DNA of 6,067 nt from a virus. Made by a program: the position numbers and the translations under genes. The notes beneath the pieces were generated by a model that worked only from the letters and a program-made list of their open reading frames with translations, searched no databases and was not told the DNA's origin. Positions 1 through 5,738 of the stretch are shown piece by piece (within the stretch, counting starts at the first letter, position 1; each line of letters begins with the position of its first letter). The stretch spans positions 1 to 6,067 of the IMG/VR virus record IMGVR_UViG_3300020041_000020. One strand, written 5' to 3'.

Positions 1-121
1 TAGTTGCGTAGGCCCGAGTCATCTTATTTCCTCCGCTTTTTTGTTTGATTCGACGCCCCAAGGTGCTGAATTTTGGCTTAAAGAGTCTGATGCTTGGAAG
101 CGTTTTTATTCTGATTTTCAA
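1..121. repeat. Terminal direct repeat, copy 1. It is identical to 5947..6067 and reflects linearisation overlap of a circular genome.
   Basis: Reading both ends base by base, 1..121 (tagttgcgtaggcccgag...ctgattttcaa) matches 5947..6067 with no mismatch seen. An ORF runs straight through the junction. The repeat offset gives a unit length of 5,946 nt. Confidence 0.95.
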
Positions 122-133
122 TTAAAACTTTAA
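2..133 (+). CDS. 3' portion (last 43 codons plus TAA stop) of the wrap-around 104-aa basic hypothetical protein that starts at 5765
   Basis: The frame is continuous with 5765..6067 across the circular junction (position 5948 equals position 2). After the repeat it reads tta aaa ctt TAA, with the stop at 131..133. Codons mostly end in T, as in the hallmark genes. Confidence 0.65.
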   Translation, partial: SCVGPSHLISSAFLFDSTPQGAEFWLKESDAWKRFYSDFQLKL

Positions 134-144
134 TTTTCATCGTC

Positions 145-468
145 ATGACACAGATTCATGTTGTTATTCGTCGTGTTAGTCCGGCTCTTAAAGTCGACCT
201 TGTCCAGGTAGGTCGCCTCGTAGATGGCCGTTTTGATCCTCTTCCCTCCGGCGTCGTTGAGGATCTCCCTATTGCGCGTTTTCTGAAGAGCTCGCACATT
301 AGCGATTCGCTCTATGTTGATCATTCGGAAGTTTCCGAACTTGTTACCATCTGTGGTAGCCTGCCTCATTTCCTAATCGATTTCTTCGATAATACGCTTG
401 TCCTTATGTTCGATTTTAATCTTGATCACGATGAAGTCACGTCGGAAGAAAAAGGGGAAGGGAACTAA
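145..468 (+). CDS. Hypothetical acidic protein, 107 aa. It may be a scaffolding-type protein, but its function is unknown.
   Basis: The ATG lies 11 nt after the upstream stop. In the codons I tallied by hand, about 46% end in T and about 7% in A, matching the VP1 pattern. Net charge is about -10, with an acidic tail DHDEVTSEEKGEGN. It is on the same strand as every hallmark gene. Caveat: a codon-aligned antisense ORF (130..369) exists, so strand assignment is not certain. Confidence 0.45.
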   Translation: MTQIHVVIRRVSPALKVDLVQVGRLVDGRFDPLPSGVVEDLPIARFLKSSHISDSLYVDHSEVSELVTICGSLPHFLIDFFDNTLVLMFDFNLDHDEVTSEEKGEGN

Positions 469-512
469 GGTTGTGACCCGACCTCTTGGTGGAAGAGTTC
501 TTTAACTCATTT

Positions 513-577
513 GAACCCCAGGGGACAGCTAACGGCTGTGGCCACCGCGAAGCGGTATGACCCTCCCCTGTGGGTTC
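513..577 (+). other. Structured ssDNA element: an outer stem enclosing two hairpins, one of them a GCGAAGC mini-hairpin. Candidate complementary-strand origin or priming signal.
   Basis: Hand-folded. Outer stem 513-524 pairs with 565-577 (12 bp, single bulged T571). Hairpin 1 is ACAGC(525-529)/GCTGT(535-539) with loop TAACG. Hairpin 2 is ACCGC(544-548)-GAA-GCGGT(552-556), core GCGAAGC at 547-553. It sits in the largest non-coding gap (469..605). A further small hairpin, CTCTT-GGTGG-AAGAG, lies at 483-497. Confidence 0.5.
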
Positions 578-605
578 TTCGTTTTAATTCGTAAATACTT
601 TTTTT

Positions 606-806
606 ATGGATTTTTTTGATTTCCGTCCTAGATTTTCGCCATTGATTGATAGTATTCCTTATCGCTTTTCCATTGGCGCATATCGTGGTCGAAAGCGAGT
701 TGTTGTCGCTTGGTTTGCTGACGAGAATTCCGCGAATGATTATCTTGTTCGCTGTCGTCTTGATCATCCTTGTATTAAATTCGACTGTCTTAAAAGTTTC
801 CTCTAA
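606..806 (+). CDS. Hypothetical small protein, 66 aa, translationally coupled to Rep
   Basis: Strong T-ending codon bias (gat ttt ttt gat ... cgt cct). The stop TAA (804-806) overlaps the VP4 ATG (806-808) as TAATG. The protein is mildly basic (YRGRKRVVVAWF). I recognise no family. Confidence 0.6.
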   Translation: MDFFDFRPRFSPLIDSIPYRFSIGAYRGRKRVVVAWFADENSANDYLVRCRLDHPCIKFDCLKSFL

Positions 807-1876
807 TGCCTTGTTCGTCGCCTATATGGATCCGCAATCGTCGTTATTTTGACAAGAAGAATCCCTGTCGTAACGGCTCTGATGTCGCTAAATCTGCTCT
901 GGCTCTTCGTCCTTGGGATATCGCCCGTCAGTGGATTATGGTTCCGTGTGGTAAGTGTGACGAATGCTTGCGTCGTCAGCGTAATGATTGGTTTGTGCGA
1001 TTAGAGCGCGAGCTTGCTTGTTGTAAAGCTAATAGTCAACAGGCTATTTTCATTACGATAACGATTGCTCCGAAGTATTATAATGAAGCTCTGCTCGACC
1101 CCTCTCGATTCATTCGTCGATTCAACGAGCGCCTTCGTCATAAACTCGGCCATTCCTTTAAACATGCTTTCTTTCAGGAATTTGGGACTCATCCTGAAAC
1201 GGGAAACGAACCTCGACTACATTTCCATGGTTTTCTCTTTGCCACGAATACCCTTTATAACACAATTCGCTCGGCCGTCCGAGACTTAGGTTTTGTCTGG
1301 TTAGCGAAGGCTACTCATAAGCGTGCTCGCTACTGTGTTAAGTACGTTACTAAACAAATTCAGTTCAACCCCGAAGAGATTTCGGATAAATATGTTACTG
1401 TAGATGGAAACCTTACACCTTTATCTTGCCTCCTCCAACATCGCCGTTATACGCGAAAATTCGTATCTGCTGGCGTCGGTGATTTTCTTGGTTATATGCC
1501 TCGTCCTTCTAATCGTGTTTCGTCGTGGTCTTATTTCGATCTTGAGAGGCGTGTCAATTATAATTACTCGATTCCTCGATACTATCTTAAATATCTTGAA
1601 CCGGAGGACGAGGTTGTTCGCTCGATTGCCTCTGCTGATGTCTATGCACGTTTTAGCAAGTCTTCTTTGGTTAAGCGTGTTGTTTCTTTGTGTATTGAGC
1701 GGTTCTCTCTCGATTCCGCCGTTTCCCGTAGAGCGTCTTACACGTGGGAACAAAAGCAAATGATGCGTTTTTCCGCCTCTTCTCGGAAAATGCCCGACTT
1801 TGACCCTCCTACTTGGCTGGATTTGGATATTCTCCATTTTTGGCGAGATCATTACAAACTTCAACTAATTATTTAA
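806..1876 (+). CDS. VP4: Replication initiation protein VP4: rolling-circle HUH endonuclease, phiX174 gpA-like
   Basis: 356 aa. The N-terminus MPCSSPIWIRN is typical of microvirus VP4. Cys cluster PCGKCDEC (C48/C51/C54). RCR motif 1 FITITI (aa 82-87). HUH motif RLHFHGFLF (H139/H141, nt 1220-1228). Twin-tyrosine motif YCVKYVTK (Y176/Y180, nt 1331-1354) has the YxxKYxxK spacing of gpA-type enzymes. Confidence 0.93.
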   Translation: MPCSSPIWIRNRRYFDKKNPCRNGSDVAKSALALRPWDIARQWIMVPCGKCDECLRRQRNDWFVRLERELACCKANSQQAIFITITIAPKYYNEALLDPSRFIRRFNERLRHKLGHSFKHAFFQEFGTHPETGNEPRLHFHGFLFATNTLYNTIRSAVRDLGFVWLAKATHKRARYCVKYVTKQIQFNPEEISDKYVTVDGNLTPLSCLLQHRRYTRKFVSAGVGDFLGYMPRPSNRVSSWSYFDLERRVNYNYSIPRYYLKYLEPEDEVVRSIASADVYARFSKSSLVKRVVSLCIERFSLDSAVSRRASYTWEQKQMMRFSASSRKMPDFDPPTWLDLDILHFWRDHYKLQLII

Positions 1877-1879
1877 TTT

Positions 1880-3685
1880 ATGGGAAAACAACCCTTTATT
1901 TCACATGCTGTAAACGGCTACTCTCGCTACGATGTTCCAGAGAGTAAAGCGTTTACTTGTACGCCGGGTATTCTTTATCCGGTGCGAATTGATTTTATTA
2001 ACGCCCGCGATCGTGTTTCTATCGAGCAGGGTATCGATGTTCGGAGTAATCCTTTGGCTGTTCCGACGTTTAATCCCTACACTATTCGTCTTCATCGTTT
2101 TTGGGTGCCTCTTCAGTTGTACCATCCGGAGATGAGGACGAATAGCAGTAAGTTTGACATGAACAATTTGAGCACGAATTGGGTTTGTTCTACTATGACC
2201 TCGACCGGCGCATTGAATTCTAACCGTTTCGGTGCATCGTATATAAATTCCCTTTTTTCTTGGCTTCGCATTGGAAATAAAAGTAATGCAGGCGGTAATC
2301 CTTTGACTTCTGTGTCGCTTCCGTCGAACGCTTCGATAACGCAATGGTCTAACGCCGATACTTATTTGGCTTATTGGGATATCGTCCGAAACTATTACAG
2401 TTATTCGCAGTGGAGCCTCTATTCTTTTGCGTGGCCTATGGCGAATAGACTTCTTTATTCTGACTCTTCGTTTGGTCTTGACTCGGACAATCCGACCAAC
2501 TCGCGGTTTTTTACGCAATGTTATGGAAACCTTGAATTTTTGGACGCGTTTTTCGAGAGCCAATTTTATCCCTCGGCTGTTACCTCTACCAACAATACGT
2601 TTAACCGTGGTAATCTTTTCTTTCAGATTATTTGCTCGGATTTAGATAGCATGGGTAGTACTGGAGACGGTTTTCCTGTTAACAGCACTTATCCGGGTTC
2701 AAGTTTGCTCGGCTCTACCGGTATTGAATCTCAGACTCTTGCGACTCCTTCGGATACCGCCAACTCTGCCTTGTCTTATTTCTTAGTCGCTCATCCTATG
2801 GCGGTCGTTCCCTCGAATCCCGACCGATTTAGTCGTCTTATCCCTACTGGTTCGACCTCCGCTGTTTCGATGTCTGGCGTTAGCACTATCCCTCAGCTGG
2901 CCATTGCTTCGCGGCTTCAGGAATATAAGGATTTGCTTGGTGCTGGTGGTAGTCGTTATTCGGATTGGCTTGAGACGTTTTTTGCCTCTAAAATTGAGCA
3001 CGTAGACCGACCTAAGCTTCTTTTTAGCGCTTCGCAGACTATTAACGTTCAGGTTGTTATGAATCAAGCTGGATTCAATAATTTCGGTGGAGATTCGTCC
3101 ATGGGTCCTCTTGGTCAGCAGGGTGGTGCTATCGCTTTCAATGATAGATTAGGCCGCCGTCAATCTTATTATTTTCGCGAGCCCGGCTATATGATTGATA
3201 TGCTAAGTATTCGACCTGTTTATTACTGGAGCTTTGTTAAGCCGGACTATCTTAACTACCTGGGTCCCGACTATTTCAACCCTATTTATAACGATATTGG
3301 CTATCAGGATGTTTCTTCGGCTCGGATAGTTTTTAACGGAAATGCGGGTGCTGTATCCGCCTCCGAGCCGTGTTTTAACGAGTTTCGAGCATCTTATGAT
3401 GAGGTTCTTGGACAACTCCAGGCTTATCCTCAGCCCGAGTCGCCGGGCGCGTCCTACGTTCCTCTTTATTCTTATTGGGTGCAGCAACGTTCCGTCAAAC
3501 TATCTGATGGCTCTGGAAGCCTGCCTGTGTCTCATTACTACCCGATACTTTTTACCGATATGTTGCAGGTTAATTCTCCCTTCTTTTCTAATGTAGAGGA
3601 TAATTTCTTTGTGAACCTTTCCTATGCTGTACAGAAGAAGAGTCTTATTAACAAAACCTTTGCAACTCGTTTGTCTAATCGCTAA
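1880..3685 (+). CDS. VP1: Major capsid protein VP1 (Microviridae F-like jelly-roll capsid protein)
   Basis: 601 aa. It carries the conserved microvirus MCP blocks in the usual order: GILYP...DRVSI...VRSNPLAVPTF...HRFWVPLQL (N-terminal), AYWDIVRNYY, IPQLAIASRLQEYKDLLGAGGSRYSDWLETFF, and FREPGYMIDMLSIRPVYYW. It starts 3 nt after the VP4 stop. Confidence 0.93.
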   Translation: MGKQPFISHAVNGYSRYDVPESKAFTCTPGILYPVRIDFINARDRVSIEQGIDVRSNPLAVPTFNPYTIRLHRFWVPLQLYHPEMRTNSSKFDMNNLSTNWVCSTMTSTGALNSNRFGASYINSLFSWLRIGNKSNAGGNPLTSVSLPSNASITQWSNADTYLAYWDIVRNYYSYSQWSLYSFAWPMANRLLYSDSSFGLDSDNPTNSRFFTQCYGNLEFLDAFFESQFYPSAVTSTNNTFNRGNLFFQIICSDLDSMGSTGDGFPVNSTYPGSSLLGSTGIESQTLATPSDTANSALSYFLVAHPMAVVPSNPDRFSRLIPTGSTSAVSMSGVSTIPQLAIASRLQEYKDLLGAGGSRYSDWLETFFASKIEHVDRPKLLFSASQTINVQVVMNQAGFNNFGGDSSMGPLGQQGGAIAFNDRLGRRQSYYFREPGYMIDMLSIRPVYYWSFVKPDYLNYLGPDYFNPIYNDIGYQDVSSARIVFNGNAGAVSASEPCFNEFRASYDEVLGQLQAYPQPESPGASYVPLYSYWVQQRSVKLSDGSGSLPVSHYYPILFTDMLQVNSPFFSNVEDNFFVNLSYAVQKKSLINKTFATRLSNR

Positions 3686-3697
3686 ACTATTAATTTT

Positions 3698-3994
3698 ATG
3701 GCACTTGATTGGTTACTCGAGGATGTTCCCGCGTATATTTCGCGCGGTCAGCGTATCCTTTCGGTTCTCGATGGCTCTGGCTCTGTCGAAGTTCTCCCCG
3801 GTCGTCCGGATGTGGCGGCCGAGCCCTCTGACTTCGATAAGGGCGAAAGGTTTAACCCTGAGATTGATTTCGATCCTAATTCTTTCTCTCGTATGGATAA
3901 GTTCGATGGTCTCGAAATAGGACAAGAACTTATTGATTCAGAGATAGATAGGGCAAAAGCTCCTTCAAAGTCTACTGATTCTGAAGAAAAATAG
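3698..3994 (+). CDS. Hypothetical acidic protein, 98 aa. It may be a scaffolding-type protein, but its function is unknown.
   Basis: The ATG is 12 nt after the VP1 stop, on the same strand. Net charge is about -12 (13 D, 10 E), with a D/E-rich C-terminal half. I recognise no family. Confidence 0.6.
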   Translation: MALDWLLEDVPAYISRGQRILSVLDGSGSVEVLPGRPDVAAEPSDFDKGERFNPEIDFDPNSFSRMDKFDGLEIGQELIDSEIDRAKAPSKSTDSEEK

Positions 3995-4024
3995 TATGTC
4001 CTTTACTTGACGATATATGTTACG

Positions 4025-4102
4025 TGCGCGGACCCCTCTTGCGAGAGTTCGTGAATCGCTAGAGGTTATTGGTAACGACTGCAGGAGAGGCCGCGCATTT
4101 TT
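4025..4102 (+). terminator. Long-range GC-rich inverted repeat closing a roughly 73-nt structured segment, followed directly by T5. Terminator-like or an ssDNA structural signal.
   Basis: TGCGCGG (4025-4031) pairs with CCGCGCA (4091-4097), 7 bp. After a 3-nt bulge, CCTCT (4035-4039) pairs with AGAGG (4086-4090). Two weak 4-bp inner hairpins: 4041-4044/4056-4059 and 4065-4068/4073-4076. TTTTT at 4098-4102. The element sits in the intergenic gap between the 98-aa ORF and the lipoprotein ATG. Confidence 0.35.
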
Positions 4103-4127
4103 CTATCGTTCTTTAAATTTTATTTTT

Positions 4128-4319
4128 ATGTCTGATATTAAACAACCGTTCTATAAGTCGAAAGCTTTTTGGACGCTTATTTCTTCTATTGTTGCCGCAT
4201 TGGCCGCTTTTTTTCTTGCTTCATGTTCGGCTCAAGCTAGAATGCAGCGTAGCGGCGTACACATTGACACTGTGCGTGTTGATTATATCATTCGTTCTAA
4301 CAATTTAACTAGCTTTTAG
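4128..4319 (+). CDS. Small predicted lipoprotein: 63-aa precursor, 31-aa mature peptide. Function unknown; candidates are lysis or superinfection exclusion.
   Basis: MSDIKQPFYKSK (basic n-region), AFWTLISSIVAALAAFFLA (h-region), then lipobox L-A-S-C (aa 30-33, nt 4215-4226), giving a signal peptidase II type signal. The mature peptide is CSAQARMQRSGVHIDTVRVDYIIRSNNLTSF. The stop TAG is 1 nt before the VP2 ATG. I prefer the start at 4128 to the track start at 4017, because 4017..4127 overlaps the structured region and would bury the signal peptide 37 aa inside the protein. Confidence 0.6.
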   Translation: MSDIKQPFYKSKAFWTLISSIVAALAAFFLASCSAQARMQRSGVHIDTVRVDYIIRSNNLTSF

Positions 4320-4320
4320 T

Positions 4321-5691
4321 ATGCCTGCCCCTGTTGCCCCTGCTGCTGCATCTTTTGGTCAAGCTCTCGGTCATTCCGCCGCCTCTACAGGCATTACTGG
4401 TTTAATTTCCGGTGCTTTTGGCCAGCTTTTCGGCGGCATGAATGCCCGTCGTCAGTGGCGTTATCAGCAAAAGCAAATGAAGCTTCAACAACAATACGCT
4501 TTGGAGCAGATGCAAAAACAGTCAGAGCTCTCTTATGCTAATTGGCAGAAGCAGTTTGATTATGAGAACGCCTATAATGATCCTTCGAAGGTTTTCGACC
4601 GTTATTTGAAAGCAGGTGTCTCGCCCGCCGCCGTGCTCGGCTCTTCCGGCGTTGGCGTTAACGCTACGATGTCTGGCGGCTCTGCCTCTATGCCTTCCGC
4701 TTCCGGCCCTTCGGGTGGTTCGCCGATTTCTCCTGCTGGTTTTGCTCCTGCTGATCCTACCTCTATTGCACAGAACATGGTTGCGCAGTCGACTGTTGAT
4801 CGTAATACAGCCGCCGCAAATCGTGACAATGCCGAGGCTCGTTCAATCGATGATCAAAATGTTGGTAATCAGCTATATACGGCTATGGCGTCTGCTCGTG
4901 TAGCCTTAGACCAGGCTGTCGCTAAACATAATTTGGCTTCGGCAGATGTTCTTAGAGTCCAGGAGGATATTGAGAAGAATGCTCGTTTTATTTCTGATTC
5001 TACTCTTTTGAGCGTTATTGATGAAAAGAAGAATCAAGCTCGACTTACTGCTGTGCAGGTTCGTCGTTTGGAGATTGAGAATGAGCATTTGGGTGCTTTG
5101 ATGTCGGCTCAGGCTTTTATGATGAATACCCAGGCTGTCCTTAATGAAATTTTAGGGGAACAGTCTCGTGAAGTTATAGAGTCTTTGCGTCTTAATAATC
5201 TCGATACCGCCAATGAGCTTGAGCGTAATTGGGAGAAGCGTTTTGAGATTGAGATCCCCAATCCTCAGTATTCAGCGAATCTTAGGAGTAATAATCCGAT
5301 TACTCGCGGCAATCCTGGTCCTCGGTCTTTTAAAGTCTCGATGTCTCTTAAGGATTTTTATGATAAAACTATTGTAAATGAGGCGAATGCTTCTGATTTT
5401 CTTCCTGAGCAAGCTCGTGTTGCGCTTCGCAATGCTAAAATTGATCCGTATATCGAAATCTCGAAAGCTCTGGTTGGCTTAGCCGGTAGTGTCGCTGGCG
5501 CAGGAATAATTCGCGGAGGTATGTCTCGTGCGGCCGGCACTATTTCTGCTGGTGGTTCTTCGAATAGTTCTGCAGGTTCTTCGTTGACGACTCGTTACGA
5601 TTCGCGTGGAAACGTTGTTGGTTACGCGAAAACTGAAATGTCCCGTAGTGGCCATTCGAGTACGTACAATAATTCTCGTAGATCTCGTTGA
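4321..5691 (+). CDS. VP2: Minor capsid / DNA pilot protein VP2 (phiX174 H-like function)
   Basis: 456 aa, downstream of VP1 as in gokusho- and alpavirus-type genomes. The Gly/Ala-rich N-terminus is followed by a Q-rich segment and the block YNDPSKVFDRYLKAGVSPAAVLG, which resembles the conserved AGLNP-type VP2 motif (KAGVSP at nt 4609-4626). A G/S/A/P low-complexity linker, a long helical region that looks heptad-like (roughly aa 150-310) and a G/S-rich tail follow. Confidence 0.8.
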   Translation: MPAPVAPAAASFGQALGHSAASTGITGLISGAFGQLFGGMNARRQWRYQQKQMKLQQQYALEQMQKQSELSYANWQKQFDYENAYNDPSKVFDRYLKAGVSPAAVLGSSGVGVNATMSGGSASMPSASGPSGGSPISPAGFAPADPTSIAQNMVAQSTVDRNTAAANRDNAEARSIDDQNVGNQLYTAMASARVALDQAVAKHNLASADVLRVQEDIEKNARFISDSTLLSVIDEKKNQARLTAVQVRRLEIENEHLGALMSAQAFMMNTQAVLNEILGEQSREVIESLRLNNLDTANELERNWEKRFEIEIPNPQYSANLRSNNPITRGNPGPRSFKVSMSLKDFYDKTIVNEANASDFLPEQARVALRNAKIDPYIEISKALVGLAGSVAGAGIIRGGMSRAAGTISAGGSSNSSAGSSLTTRYDSRGNVVGYAKTEMSRSGHSSTYNNSRRSR

Positions 5692-5707
5692 TTTTTTCTT
5701 TGTTTTT

Positions 5708-5738
5708 TTTGGATTTTCGATTTTTTGTTGTATGTTTG
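5708..5738 (+). promoter_or_regulatory. Candidate Bacteroidota-type promoter: -33 TTTG and -7 TAnnTTTG
   Basis: TTTG at 5708-5711, a 19-nt spacer, then TATGTTTG at 5731-5738, about 27 nt upstream of the ATG at 5765. My manual scan of TTTG occurrences found no other intergenic TAnnTTTG. The only other match, TAAGTTTG at 2149-2156, is inside VP1 and has no suitably spaced -33 TTTG. Confidence 0.4.

Noticed and set aside
1-121. The 121-nt terminal direct repeat as attL/attR, LTR or another biological repeat
   Set aside because: It sits exactly at the two window ends, is identical by eye, and lies inside a continuous ORF. There is no flanking non-phage sequence. Circular-contig overlap is the simplest explanation.
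513-577. The 65-nt multi-stem fold as a tRNA or tRNA-like gene
   Set aside because: It has three helices rather than four. The 12-bp closing stem is too long for an acceptor stem, and there are no T-loop or D-loop consensus sequences and no anticodon-loop geometry.
2149-2156. A second TAnnTTTG match (TAAGTTTG) that might be an internal promoter
   Set aside because: It lies inside the VP1 coding sequence, with no TTTG about 19-21 nt upstream and no downstream start codon that it would serve.
1901-2563. Long minus-strand ORFs opposite the hallmark genes: 1901..2563 (220 aa), 1421..1864 (147 aa), 5540..6067 (175 aa), and 507..767, 1001..1192, 2783..3067, 3203..3487, 3713..3925, 4602..4829, 4906..5088, 5358..5540, 5479..5814
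   Set aside because: Their translations are dominated by R, K, N, T, I and S. That is what the reverse complement of T-ending sense codons (ANN codons) produces. They lie wholly inside well-supported + strand genes, and Microviridae are transcribed from one strand. I recognise no motifs in any of them.
3689-3709. Resemblance to the phiX174 origin core: ACTTGAT at 3703-3709 and ATTAAT at 3689-3694, versus CAACTTGATATTAATAAC
   Set aside because: Only a 7-mer and a 6-mer match, and they are in the opposite order to phiX. A 7-mer is expected by chance roughly once in every few genomes of this size. The Rep here is distant from gpA, so the same nick site is not expected.
3992-4010. Repeated TAGTATG stop-start junction (3992-3998 and 4317-4323), a mini-ORF MSFT (3996..4010), and similarity to circovirus-type TAGTATTAC nonamers
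   Set aside because: At 4317 it is simply the lipoprotein stop followed by the VP2 start. At 3992 the ATG opens a 4-codon ORF with no plausible function. The nonamer resemblance is partial (7/9) and belongs to an unrelated Rep family.
4005-4032. Possible XerC/D dif-like site (tttacttgacgatatatgttacgtgcgcgg), which would suggest integration as in temperate microviruses
   Set aside because: Aligned by hand to the E. coli dif consensus, only the GCGCA-containing arm scores (7/11) and the central region matches 4/6. The other arm, normally the best conserved, matches about 3/11. I do not know the host dif sequence, so there is no support either way.
4017-4127. The track start (ATG 4017) giving a 100-aa version of the lipoprotein ORF
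   Set aside because: The extra 37 codons run through the GC-clamped structured region and T5 tract. They would push the signal peptide well inside the protein. ATG 4128 is preceded by the same A/T-rich leader seen at other starts. I keep 4017 only as an alternative, in which case the protein would be a basic N-in single-pass membrane protein.
5690-5727. GATTTT(T) direct repeats (5690-5697, 5712-5717, 5719-5726; also 609-617 and 618-623) as possible iterons
   Set aside because: They sit within poly-T low-complexity sequence, the unit is short and its length varies, and such matches are expected in a T-rich spacer. On the sequence alone they cannot be told apart from composition.
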